A program made the position numbers and the translations under genes. From NCBI GenBank assembly GCA_963809345.1, contig CAWEJF010000007.1:6633-70632 (forward strand): a stretch of 64,000 nt of DNA, written 5' to 3'. The notes under the pieces are model-generated. The model was not told the origin of the DNA, made no database searches, and was given only the letters and a program-made list of their open reading frames with translations. The DNA comes from Candidatus Aminicenantes bacterium. GTDB lineage: Bacteria; Acidobacteriota; Aminicenantia; Aminicenantales; Saccharicenantaceae. Positions 44,861 through 54,176 of the stretch are shown in pieces (position 1 is the stretch's first letter; each line of letters starts with the position of its first letter).

Positions 44861-45623
44861 GGCCTGGGCCCTTCTCCGCCATATCACCGTCCTCGACGTC
44901 CTGGACATCCTGCTCATCGCCTTCATGATCTACTACATCCTCCTCCTCATCCGGGACACCAAGGCCTATCAGGCCGCGGCCGGCCTGGCCTTTATCGGCG
45001 CCCTCTACCTGGTGACGGTGTGGGGGCATCTGGGCGTCTCGAACCGCATCGTCCGGTCTTTCGTCAATTACCTCATCATCGCCATCATCGTCCTGTTCCA
45101 AACCGAGATCCGGAGGTTCCTGACCGAGATCGGCTCGCGGACCTTCCGCAAGCCCTTCACCCTCCGCTCCTTCACGGAAAAGATCGACGACCTCTTCCAG
45201 GCCATCGACTTCCTGTCACAGAAGAAGATCGGGGCCCTCATCGCCATCGAGAAGGAGATCTCCCTCTCGACCTACGCCGATCGCGGGGCCGAGATCGACG
45301 CGATCCTGTCCAAGAACCTGCTCGTCTCGATCTTCTTCCCGCATTCGCCCCTCCACGACGGCGCCGTCATCATCAGGGGCGACAAGATCGTCGCGGCCGC
45401 CTGCCTTCTGCCGCTGCCGGCCGCCCACCGGCTGAAGAGCCCGTTCCAGACGCGGACCCGCCACCTCGCCGCCATCGGCCTCTCGGAGGAGACCGACGCC
45501 GCGGTCATCGTCATCTCCGAGGAGACCGGGACCGTATCGTTGGCCTTGAGGGGCCAGCTCGAACGGTTCGACGACAAGGACGCCATGGAAAGACGGCTGC
45601 TCGGATATTTGAGGGACCGGTGA
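44850..45623 (+). CDS. cdaA: diadenylate cyclase CdaA
   Basis: Three TM helices; PLHDGAV, TRH.AAIGLSEETDA.VIVISEETG. Confidence 0.93.
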   Translation: MFAEAWALLRHITVLDVLDILLIAFMIYYILLLIRDTKAYQAAAGLAFIGALYLVTVWGHLGVSNRIVRSFVNYLIIAIIVLFQTEIRRFLTEIGSRTFRKPFTLRSFTEKIDDLFQAIDFLSQKKIGALIAIEKEISLSTYADRGAEIDAILSKNLLVSIFFPHSPLHDGAVIIRGDKIVAAACLLPLPAAHRLKSPFQTRTRHLAAIGLSEETDAAVIVISEETGTVSLALRGQLERFDDKDAMERRLLGYLRDR

Positions 45624-46318
45624 GACGCACGCTGGCCCGTTGGATCACCCGGGATTGGCAGCTGAAGCTCGTCTCGCTCGGCCTGGCCCTCGGCCTGTGG
45701 CTTCTCCTCGTCCCGGCCGAAAAGGTGTCTTCGGAGAAATCGCTGACCATCCCGCTCGAGACGCGCAACGTCCCCGCCGGCCTGGAGATCGTCGAACGCC
45801 CGGTGGCGACGATCGACATCACGCTCCGGGCGCCCAACCGCCTCCTCGGCGAGATCGGCCCGTCGGGACTCGTGGCCAGCCTCGACCTCGAACGGGCCAC
45901 CGTGCTTCAGCAGGAGTACCAGCTCACCACCTCGATGATCGCCGTGCCCGCAGGCGCGGAAGTCGTCAGCATCTCTCCGGGCAAGGTGTCGATCAAACTG
46001 GAGCGGACCGACGAGGCGACGCTCGAGGTCCGTACGACCCTCCGCGGCAAGCCCGCGCCGGGCTTCCGTATCGCCCGGACCGAGATCGAGCCGGCGAGCG
46101 TCCCCGTCCAAGGGCCGGAAAGCCGGGTCCGTAACGCCGGGGCGGCGTCGACGGCGCCGGTCGACGTCTCGGGGCTCACCGAATCGACGGTCTTCGACGC
46201 CGACATCATCCTCCCCCGGCCCGAGCTCCGGTTCGTCACGTCCCAGACGAGCGCGCGGATCACCGTCACCGTCGAAGCCGACAAGGCGGCCGCCAGGCCG
46301 GAGGCCAAGAAGAAGTAG
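45620..46318 (+). CDS. cdaR: YbbR-domain CdaA regulator
   Basis: KLVSLGLALGLW N-terminal TM, two YbbR-like repeats, GTGA overlap with cdaA. Confidence 0.85.
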   Translation: MRRTLARWITRDWQLKLVSLGLALGLWLLLVPAEKVSSEKSLTIPLETRNVPAGLEIVERPVATIDITLRAPNRLLGEIGPSGLVASLDLERATVLQQEYQLTTSMIAVPAGAEVVSISPGKVSIKLERTDEATLEVRTTLRGKPAPGFRIARTEIEPASVPVQGPESRVRNAGAASTAPVDVSGLTESTVFDADIILPRPELRFVTSQTSARITVTVEADKAAARPEAKKK

Positions 46319-46337
46319 CGCCGTGGGGAGAAATGCC

Positions 46338-47045
46338 ATGAGACTCGCCGTCAATATTGACCACTTCGCCACGCTGAGGGAAGCCCGCAGGGCGACCGAG
46401 CCCGAGCCCGTGCTCGTCGCGCTTCTCGCGGAACAGGCCGGGGCCCACGGCATCGTCTGCCACATCCGTGGTGACCGGCGGCACATCAAGGAACGGGACC
46501 TCCGGCTCCTGCGGGACGCCATCAAGACGAAGCTCAATGTGGAGATGGCGGCGACCGAGGAGATGAAGAGGATCGCGCTCGACATCCGGCCCGACGTCGT
46601 TTCGCTCGTGCCCGAGCGGCCCGAGGAGCTGACGACGGAAGGGGGATTGAAGGTCGCCGCGAACCGGAAGGCCCTCGGCCCCCACGTCAAGGCGCTGGGG
46701 AAGGCGGGCATCCGGACGAGCGTCTTCATCGATACGCGCCTCGAAGAGATCAAGGCGGCGCGGGAGATCGGCGTCGACCTCATCGAGATCAACACCGGTA
46801 AATACGCCGAGCTCGAGGACGGGCCCGAGCGTGAAACGGCGCTCGAGGCCGTCCGGAAGGCGGCCGAGTTCGGTCACACGATCGGGCTCGAGGTCCACGG
46901 CGGGCACGGTCTCGATTACAGGAACCTCGGTCCGATCGTGGCCATCCCCGAGATCGTCGAGCTCAGCATCGGCTTTTCCATCGTCGCCCGGGCGGCCGTC
47001 GTCGGCATCGAGCGGGCGGTCATGGACATGCTCGCCCTTCTTTGA
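46338..47045 (+). CDS. pdxJ: pyridoxine 5'-phosphate synthase
   Basis: LAVNIDH.ATLREAR, DRRHI, LVPE...ELTTEGG, GHGL.Y. Confidence 0.95.
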   Translation: MRLAVNIDHFATLREARRATEPEPVLVALLAEQAGAHGIVCHIRGDRRHIKERDLRLLRDAIKTKLNVEMAATEEMKRIALDIRPDVVSLVPERPEELTTEGGLKVAANRKALGPHVKALGKAGIRTSVFIDTRLEEIKAAREIGVDLIEINTGKYAELEDGPERETALEAVRKAAEFGHTIGLEVHGGHGLDYRNLGPIVAIPEIVELSIGFSIVARAAVVGIERAVMDMLALL

Positions 47046-47079
47046 CCATGGACCGGCGGGGAGCGGAAGGAGAACCCGC

Positions 47080-48303
47080 ATGCCTTTGACCGTCAACATC
47101 GGACGCCTGAAACGCGACCTCGAAGAGCTCGGCCGCATCGGCCGGGTCGGGCACGGCGGGGTCAACCGGCCCTCGTTCAGCCCGGCTGACCTGGAGGCCC
47201 GGGCTTGGCTTAAGAAGAAGATGGAGGAGGCCGGCCTCCGCTATCGCCAGGACGGCGCCGGCAATCAGTTCGGGCGGCTCGAACGCGCCGGAAAGACGGT
47301 CATGACCGGCTCGCATATCGACACGGTGCCGAACGGCGGCATGTTCGACGGCGCGGTCGGCGTCCTCGCGGCGCTCGAAGCCGCCCGCAGGATCGTGGAA
47401 GAGAAGATCCCTCTTGCGAAGGCCCTCGAGGTCGCGTCCTTCACGGACGAGGAGGGGAACCTGGTCGGCGATTTCCTGGGCAGCCGGGCCTTCATGGGGC
47501 TCCTCGACGAAAAGGAGGTCCGGAACGGCCGGACGTCGTTCGGCGTGCCCTTCAGCGACGTCCTGAAGATGTCCGGCTTCACCGCCGAGGGCATCCTCGA
47601 CGCCCACAAGGACCGGCCGGCGCTCGAGGCCTATGTCGAGCTCCATATCGAGCAGGGCCCGGTCCTCGAGGACGAGGGCGTTCCGATCGGTATCGTCGAA
47701 AAGATCGCCGGCAAGCACTATCGGCAGTGCGCCTATGTCGGCGAATCGGGCCACTCCGGGACGACACCGCTCGAGCTGCGGCACGACGCCTTCCTCGGCC
47801 TGGCCGACTTCGCTCTCCGGGCCACCCAGCTCGTGGCGACACGGTACTACGGAAGCGTGCTGACCGTCGGCAAGGCCGCCTTGCACCCGGGGGCGTTCAG
47901 CGTCATCCCCGGCCGGGCCGATTTCACGCTGGAGTTCCGCAGCGCTTCGCCCGAAGCCATGGTCGCGATCGAACGGGACGTTTTCGCGCTGGCCGAGGAC
48001 ATCGCGGCCACGCGCGGTCTGACCTTCGTCTCGAAGATCGTCGATGAGACGACGCCGGTCACGGTCGCGCCGCGGTTGACGGGGATCATCGAGGAGGAAT
48101 GCCGGGCCCTGGGCTATCCGTCGATGAAGCTCGTGAGCGGGGCCGGCCACGACGCCCAGATCCTGGCCGCGGCCTGCGACTCGGGCATGATCTTCATCCC
48201 CTCTCCCGACGGCATCAGCCACGCGCCGGGGGAACGGGTCGATTGGGGCGATCTCGAGAAGGGCGCCAACCTGCTCTTGCGGACGCTTCTTCGCCTTATC
48301 TGA
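47080..48303 (+). CDS. M20 family Zn-dependent amidohydrolase (N-carbamoylase / allantoate amidohydrolase type)
   Basis: GSHIDTVPNGG.FDG, DEEG, ELHIEQGP, SGAGHDA, GISH.P.E. Confidence 0.9.
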   Translation: MPLTVNIGRLKRDLEELGRIGRVGHGGVNRPSFSPADLEARAWLKKKMEEAGLRYRQDGAGNQFGRLERAGKTVMTGSHIDTVPNGGMFDGAVGVLAALEAARRIVEEKIPLAKALEVASFTDEEGNLVGDFLGSRAFMGLLDEKEVRNGRTSFGVPFSDVLKMSGFTAEGILDAHKDRPALEAYVELHIEQGPVLEDEGVPIGIVEKIAGKHYRQCAYVGESGHSGTTPLELRHDAFLGLADFALRATQLVATRYYGSVLTVGKAALHPGAFSVIPGRADFTLEFRSASPEAMVAIERDVFALAEDIAATRGLTFVSKIVDETTPVTVAPRLTGIIEEECRALGYPSMKLVSGAGHDAQILAAACDSGMIFIPSPDGISHAPGERVDWGDLEKGANLLLRTLLRLI

Positions 48304-49498
48304 TGCCGTAGCCGTAGATCACGACCTTCTTGTCCCCGATCAGCGGCCAACCGTTCTTCCAGTCGAATTCTTCATATCCCTCGGGCATCGGGTTGAGCCG
48401 GATGACGCAAGCGCCGCGGACGCAGGCCCCCGCGTTGTGGTCCATGCCCGGGGCGTAGTCCCAGCCATCGCCGAAGGTCGGGGACTTCTGTGAGCGGTCG
48501 GGGCGTCCCGGCCTCTTCGGATCGCCGTTCAGATCGCGCTGGGGCTTGACCAACCGATAAGGGCCCTCCCCCTCAAGCCGGCCTGTCCCCTTTTCGTAGG
48601 ACGACGGATCGAGCGCTTGGCCGTTCCGTTCGTAGGCCAGGAGGAGCCAGGGCACGCCGGGGATCTGTGCCCTATCCTTGATCCCCGGGGGCAGGTCCGC
48701 GGGGTACTTGACGAACGCCTTGTCCGTGCCCTCGAACGCCCGGGGCCCGGCGTAATAAAGGCCTTGCGGGAAGGGCGCCTGGATGTCCTCGACAGCATAG
48801 TCGACGCTATAGCCGTCCGGCGCGAACACCGTGACACCGGTGACGCCGGTCAGGTAGACCTTGGCCGCCGCGAGCAGGTCGATGACCCGGACGCCCTTGT
48901 AGAGGACGTAATCGTCAGTGGGTTCCTTGGTCGTGTTCATCAGCATGAGCTGACTGTGCACGGGGAGCTTGCGGATCTCTTCCCAGCCGAAGCTGAGGGT
49001 CGCCGCTTGGGGCAGGCCGGGCCGGCTGGCCGGGTCGCCGGGATTGCGGAGGTCGGCGACCTCGACGCCGTTCGGCTTCCCGTCGCCGTCGGAGTCCCGT
49101 CCGTCGATGGCCGTGAACGCCTCGAACGTCCGGCCGGCCCTCTTGTAGTCGAGGCCGTACGTATTCAGCGTTCCCTCGGTCGTCACCGGGAGCCCGGTCT
49201 TATATCGCGCGTTGGGGTAGACGAGGAGATGGCAGTAGCTGCACGGGCTGTATTCCCGCTCCGTATCTGTACCTTTGACCCCGCCTTTGTGGCAAGTCTG
49301 GCAGTCGTCGAGTCGCGTCCCGGCCGCGCCCGGATACCGCCGGATGAAACCTCTCATGTCCGCGTCGTTCTCGTGGCCAACGTAGGCCCGCGAAGCGGCC
49401 ATCTCCTGGCCGGGACCGGCCCGCAGGAGCCAGCCCGTCGATCCAAGGACGAGTCCCGCCATGAGGGCGAGTCCGATCGATCCGCCGATTCTTTTCAT
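48296..49498 (-). CDS. exported diheme c-type cytochrome with sulfite-oxidase-like domain (GEGP-motif diheme protein)
   Basis: Signal peptide; CQTCH and CSYCH; DSDGDG; YKGV...DLL, APDGY, LLAYERNG, GEGPYRLV. Confidence 0.75.
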   Translation of the reverse strand: MKRIGGSIGLALMAGLVLGSTGWLLRAGPGQEMAASRAYVGHENDADMRGFIRRYPGAAGTRLDDCQTCHKGGVKGTDTEREYSPCSYCHLLVYPNARYKTGLPVTTEGTLNTYGLDYKRAGRTFEAFTAIDGRDSDGDGKPNGVEVADLRNPGDPASRPGLPQAATLSFGWEEIRKLPVHSQLMLMNTTKEPTDDYVLYKGVRVIDLLAAAKVYLTGVTGVTVFAPDGYSVDYAVEDIQAPFPQGLYYAGPRAFEGTDKAFVKYPADLPPGIKDRAQIPGVPWLLLAYERNGQALDPSSYEKGTGRLEGEGPYRLVKPQRDLNGDPKRPGRPDRSQKSPTFGDGWDYAPGMDHNAGACVRGACVIRLNPMPEGYEEFDWKNGWPLIGDKKVVIYGYGIR

Positions 49499-49641
49499 AC
49501 GTTTCCTCCGGGGAAGCGCATCTTATCGGAACCGGCCCCCGTTGACAATATCAAGATGGAGTCAAGCCTATAGCCCTCCCGCCCGGGCCCGAGGCGGGAG
49601 CGGTTTGATTGCCCGGGCGGTTGTGGTAGAATTCATTGGAG

Positions 49642-50506
49642 ATGAACATGTTCAGATCGAGCCTCTGGCGCCCTCAGGTCCTGTTTTTTACGGTTCTCAT
49701 GATCTTCCTATCCGCCGCCGCAGCCTCCGCTGCGACCGTCCCGGCGGTGGAGAGCTCCAAGCCTTCCTCACCCGTGCGTCTCGACGGGAAGACCGACGAG
49801 TGGGCGGGTGTCCCCCGGGTCTTCGATCCCAAGAGCCGACACGGAATTCGCGTTCATGAACGACGGCCGGAACCTCTATATCCTCCTGGTCGTAAAGAAG
49901 GCCGAGTCCATCGAATCCGTCGAGGCCACGGGGATGACGATCCTCGGCCGCCCCGCCGGGAGCCGTAAACCGGCCAAAGGCGCCCTCCTCCTATCGAGGG
50001 AGATCAGCGCCGACGGCTACATCGTCTGGCGGGAGAGCCAAGGCGCCATCCTCAGCGAGGCCGATAAGTCCGAGATCAGGAAAATCCCCCGCCACCCGAT
50101 CTCCGTGGCCTTCGCCGTCGATGCCAAGGGCAGCGCCTACGGACCGCTGCGGAAGCAGACCGACGTCGTCCCCCCTGATTTCGGCGTGGGCCTGCAGGAC
50201 GCTGGGGCGGTCTATGAGTTCCGCATCCCGCTGGCGTCTCCCGACCTCGTCCCCGGCGGCATCGGCGGTGCTCCAGGCGCGTCGCTCCGCGTTTCGTTCG
50301 CATGGGGAGGCCGGTCTCGAAAAAGCCTGTCCACCGAGGCCGGCAGCAAAAGCAGCGCGACCACGGGGGGAGGGAGCTACCAGTCGGGCACCGGACGGAC
50401 GTGGGGTCAGGAGTACCTCGACTCCTATGATCCGATGTCCCGCCCCACTCTGGGCACCAAAAAATTCTCGTTCGCCATCGACGTGACGCTGGCGGACGCG
50501 AACTAG
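49642..50506 (+). pseudogene. exported hypothetical protein, frameshifted near 49838 (possibly sequencing error)
   Basis: Signal peptide and VRLDGKTDEW, continuing in the next frame as DTEFAFMNDGRNLYIL...YEFRIPL (DOMON/CBM9-like pattern). Confidence 0.55.
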
Positions 50507-51484
50507 ATGCCCCTCCGGATCGGGGCGGTCGCCGTCGACTTTCCCGTCGGCCTCGGGGCCCTGGCGGGCTACAGCGATCTCCCCTACCGCCTGATCTGCC
50601 GCTCCCTCGGCGCGCCCTACTGCATCACCGAGGCCATGCTCGATCGTCAGGTCCTGCTCGAAGGGAAGATGCGCAAGCGCCTCGTCCGGCTCGACCCGGC
50701 GGATCATCCTGTCGCGGGGCAGATCATGGGCGTCGAGCCGGAGACGATGGCCGACGCCGCCCGCTCGCTCGACCTGATGGGTTTCGACATCATCGATCTC
50801 AACTTCGCCTGCCCCGTCCGCAAGGTCGTCTCACACAAGCGCGGCGGGGCGCTCATGAACGACCCGGAGCGCGCCCTGGCTATCGTACGGGCGGTCATCG
50901 CCGCCGCGCCCACCCGGCCAGTCACGCTCAAGCTGCGGCGCGCCTTCCGGGACGCCGATGGGGCGCATGAAAGCTTCTGGACGATCGCCCGCGGCGCCTT
51001 CGACGCCGGCGCGGCCGCGATCGCCGTCCACGCCCGGAGCGTCGAGCAGAAATACACAGGCCGGGCCGACTGGGGCTTCCTTTCAATAGTCAAGAGCGAA
51101 TTCCCGGACCGGGCGATCCTCGGCTCGGGCGACGTCTCCTCTCCCGCCGAGGCCCTGCGCATGATGGCCGAGACGGGCGTCGACGGCGTCCTGGCCGCCC
51201 GTGGGGCCATCGGCAACCCCTGGTTCTTCGCCCAAGCCCGCGACCTCGCCGAGGGACGGACGCCCCGCCAGCCCGGGCTCGACGAACAGCGCGAGGTCAT
51301 CTACCGCCATTATCGCCTCGCCTGCGAGGCCTACGATCCGCGCCGCGGCCTCAAGATCCTGCGCCACTTCAGCCTGCAGTATGCCAAGATGCACCCGCGC
51401 CGCACCGAACTCCGCAACGCCCTCGTCAAGGTCCGGACCGAGGACGAGTGGCGGGCCGTCATCGACGCGTTCTACGCCGGCTGA
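50507..51484 (+). CDS. tRNA-dihydrouridine synthase (DusB-like)
   Basis: LAGYSDLPYR, DLNFACP..KV, VTLK.R, VHAR..Q.Y.G.ADW, ARGAIGNPW.F. Confidence 0.88.
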   Translation: MPLRIGAVAVDFPVGLGALAGYSDLPYRLICRSLGAPYCITEAMLDRQVLLEGKMRKRLVRLDPADHPVAGQIMGVEPETMADAARSLDLMGFDIIDLNFACPVRKVVSHKRGGALMNDPERALAIVRAVIAAAPTRPVTLKLRRAFRDADGAHESFWTIARGAFDAGAAAIAVHARSVEQKYTGRADWGFLSIVKSEFPDRAILGSGDVSSPAEALRMMAETGVDGVLAARGAIGNPWFFAQARDLAEGRTPRQPGLDEQREVIYRHYRLACEAYDPRRGLKILRHFSLQYAKMHPRRTELRNALVKVRTEDEWRAVIDAFYAG

Positions 51485-51490
51485 CGCCGC

Positions 51491-51519
51491 TTTACAGGCC
51501 GGGCCCGATGTGCTATCAC
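51491..51519 (+). promoter_or_regulatory. putative promoter of the tup/moa operon
   Basis: TTTACA-17 bp-TATCAC with TG extension, immediately 5' of the riboswitch. Confidence 0.5.
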
Positions 51520-51521
51520 AG

Positions 51522-51625
51522 ACGGTGCTCCGAGCCGATAGGGCTAAAGCCGGCGAGGCCAAGCCCTTCGGCCGATAGGGAGGGGCGGGAAACGGCTCCT
51601 CCTTCCGCGTTAGAAAAGGAGACAT
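51522..51625 (+). ncRNA. Moco/Tuco RNA motif (molybdenum/tungsten cofactor riboswitch candidate)
   Basis: CTCCGAG...GGGCTAA..hairpin..GCCC...AGGG.GGGGCGG-GAAA-CGGCTCC.CCTTCCG...AGAAAAGGAG; 5' CTCC pairs with the GGAG SD of tupA. Confidence 0.8.
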
Positions 51626-51626
51626 C

Positions 51627-52463
51627 TTGCGGCGATTCCCCGTTCTGCTGGCCATCATCGGCCTCGTCACTTGCCTCGCACTCCCGACGCTCGCCGCTGC
51701 CGACCGGACCCTCATGCTGGCCACGACGACGAGCGTCGACGCCACGGGTCTCCTCGACGTCCTGGCCGACGCCTTCAAGAAGGACACGGCCATCACGCTC
51801 AAGTGGATCGCCGTCGGGACGGGGGCGGCCCTCAAGCAGGCCCGCGATGGCAACGCCGACGTCGTCATCGTCCACGCCCGCAAGCTCGAGGACGAGTTCA
51901 TCCGTGACGGCTTCGGCGTCAACCGCCGGGTCATCGCCCGCAACTATTTTGTCGTCGTCGGCCCGGCCGACGACCCGGCCCATATCGCCGGCGCTCCTTC
52001 GGCGGCCGCGGCCTTCGGCCGGATCAAATCGAGCGGCGCGCCCTTCGCCAGCCGCGGCGACAAGTCCGGGACGCACACGCGCGAGCTCGAGCTCTGGGCC
52101 CTCGCCGGGGGCCGGCCCGAGTCGAAGTATCTCGAGACGGGCCAAGGCATGGCCGAGACCCTTCGCGTCGCCGCCGAGAGGCGCGCCTACACGTTGACCG
52201 ATACGGCGACCTTCCAGGCCTTGCGCGGGCTCGCCGGGCTCACCTCCCTCTACGAGAACGCCCCCGAGCTCGAGAACGTCTACGCCGTGATCGCCGTCGA
52301 CCCGGCCCGCGTTCCCGCGGCCCGCTACGGCGAGGCCATGGCCTTCATCGCCTTCCTGACCTCGCCCGGCGGCCAGAAGCTCATCGGCGAGTTCCAGGGC
52401 AAAGCCGGCCGCCCTCTCTTCGAGCCCCTCGCGGCCGTCGCCGGAGTGGACCTCGTCAAATGA
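51627..52463 (+). CDS. tupA: tungstate ABC transporter substrate-binding protein
   Basis: ATTTS tungstate-selective motif, VGTG.AL, VHA, SRGDKSGTH, GQGM, YTLTD. Confidence 0.92.
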   Translation: MRRFPVLLAIIGLVTCLALPTLAAADRTLMLATTTSVDATGLLDVLADAFKKDTAITLKWIAVGTGAALKQARDGNADVVIVHARKLEDEFIRDGFGVNRRVIARNYFVVVGPADDPAHIAGAPSAAAAFGRIKSSGAPFASRGDKSGTHTRELELWALAGGRPESKYLETGQGMAETLRVAAERRAYTLTDTATFQALRGLAGLTSLYENAPELENVYAVIAVDPARVPAARYGEAMAFIAFLTSPGGQKLIGEFQGKAGRPLFEPLAAVAGVDLVK

Positions 52464-53113
52464 TCGCGCGTGAGCTGGCCCTGGCGGTCTGGGTCTCGCT
52501 CAAGACGAGCGGCCTCGCCGCCCTCATCGCTAGCGCCCTCGCCGTTCCCGCCGCCCTCTTCCTCTCCGGCCGCGAATTCCGCGGCAAGAAGCTTGTCCTT
52601 CTCATCAACCAGACCTGGATGGCCGCCCCGACGGTCGTCATCGGGCTCCTCTTCTATTCGCTCCTCAGCCGGAACGGGCCCGGCGGCGGGCTAGGGTTGC
52701 TTTACACCCAGACGGCCATGACGCTCGGCCAGACCTTCCTCATCCTGCCGCTCGTCATCGGCTTTTCCTACACGGCCTTGCGCCAAGTCGACCGGCGGGC
52801 CCGCCAGACCGCCCTGACTCTGGGGGCCAGCCGGCGCCAAGCCGGGCGGATCGTCCTGCGCGAGGCCCGCTTCCCGCTTCTCGTCGCCGTGCTGGCCGGC
52901 TTCGCCCGGGCCATCTCCGAGGTCGGGATCGCCATGATGCTCGGCGGCAACATCCGCTACGCCACCCGGAACATCACGACCTCGATCGCCCTCGAGACGT
53001 CCAAGGGCGAATTCCGCAACGGCGTCATCCTCGGCGCCCTCCTCCTTGTCATCACGCTCGGTACCAACATCCTCGTCCAGACGGGGCTCCGCGGCCGCGA
53101 CAGGGAGCCGTAG
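52460..53113 (+). CDS. tupB: tungstate ABC transporter permease
   Basis: P.VVIGL..Y.LLSR.GP, TLGAS, RAISEVG..MM.GGNI...TR.ITT.IALETSKG. Confidence 0.92.
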   Translation: MIARELALAVWVSLKTSGLAALIASALAVPAALFLSGREFRGKKLVLLINQTWMAAPTVVIGLLFYSLLSRNGPGGGLGLLYTQTAMTLGQTFLILPLVIGFSYTALRQVDRRARQTALTLGASRRQAGRIVLREARFPLLVAVLAGFARAISEVGIAMMLGGNIRYATRNITTSIALETSKGEFRNGVILGALLLVITLGTNILVQTGLRGRDREP

Positions 53114-53114
53114 G

Positions 53115-54176
53115 ATGAGCGCCCTCGTCTATCGCCTCGAACGTCTCGGCCTCTCCTACCCGGTGTCGCCGGTCCGGTTCTCGCTCGACATCGATGCGCT
53201 CGACGTCAGCGCCGGCGAGATCCTGGCGCTCGTCGGTCCGAACGGCGCCGGCAAGACGACGCTGCTGATGCTCCTCGCCTTTCTCCTCCGGCCGGGCCGG
53301 GGACGGCTGGAGTTCCTCGGCCGCGACCCTTGGGCATCAGACGACGGCCCCATGCTGGCCCGGCGCGACGCAGTGCTCCTCACGCATCACCCCTATCTTT
53401 TCAAAGGGACGATCGCCGACAACGTCGCCTTCGGCCTCAGGCTCAGAAAGCTCCCGGCCGCAGAGACGGCCGGCCGGCTCGGCGCGGCCCTCTCGCTCGT
53501 CGAGCTCGATGGCTGGGGGGACCGGTCCGTCTCCGGGCTGAGCGCCGGCCAGGCCCAGCGCGTGGCCATTGCCCGGGCCCTCGCCCTCCGGCCCCGGGTC
53601 CTTCTCGCCGACGAGCCGACGGCCAACCTCGACGCCGCCCTCGGACTGCGCATGGAGGCCGTCCTGCGCGAGGCCGGCAAGGCATGGGGAACGACCGTCG
53701 TCTTCTCGACCCATGATTTCTCCCAGGCTTCCCGTCTCGCCGACAGCATCCTTTATCTCTCGGACGGACGGCGGGTCGAGTTCAGCCACGAGAACCTCTT
53801 CAGCGGCACGTCCTCGACCGACGGCCGGACGAGCTGGATTGAGCCCCATCCCGGCGTCAGGATCGTCTTCCCGGGAGCGGCCGCAGGTCACGTCACCTGC
53901 GTCATCGATCCGGCCGCGATCCGCGTCGTTGCCGCCGGCGAAAGCACGGCACCTCCGCCGCCCGGACCCAACGTTTTCCGGGGCCGTGTGAGCCGGATGG
54001 AGACAACGGACCCCTCGACGGCCCTCGTCAGGGTGAGCGGCGACGTCGTCTTCCGGGCCTCTCTTCCCCTCACCCGACTCGAGGCCGCCGGAATTTCCCT
54101 TTCCCGGGAGGTTCTGCTAACATTCGAGCCGGAGTCCGTTCGGATCGTCGGCGAACGGCCGGCGGACGCCGGATGA
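53115..54176 (+). CDS. tupC: tungstate ABC transporter ATP-binding protein with TOBE-like C-terminus
   Basis: GPNGAGKT, LSAGQAQR, DEPTANLD. Confidence 0.88.
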   Translation: MSALVYRLERLGLSYPVSPVRFSLDIDALDVSAGEILALVGPNGAGKTTLLMLLAFLLRPGRGRLEFLGRDPWASDDGPMLARRDAVLLTHHPYLFKGTIADNVAFGLRLRKLPAAETAGRLGAALSLVELDGWGDRSVSGLSAGQAQRVAIARALALRPRVLLADEPTANLDAALGLRMEAVLREAGKAWGTTVVFSTHDFSQASRLADSILYLSDGRRVEFSHENLFSGTSSTDGRTSWIEPHPGVRIVFPGAAAGHVTCVIDPAAIRVVAAGESTAPPPPGPNVFRGRVSRMETTDPSTALVRVSGDVVFRASLPLTRLEAAGISLSREVLLTFEPESVRIVGERPADAG

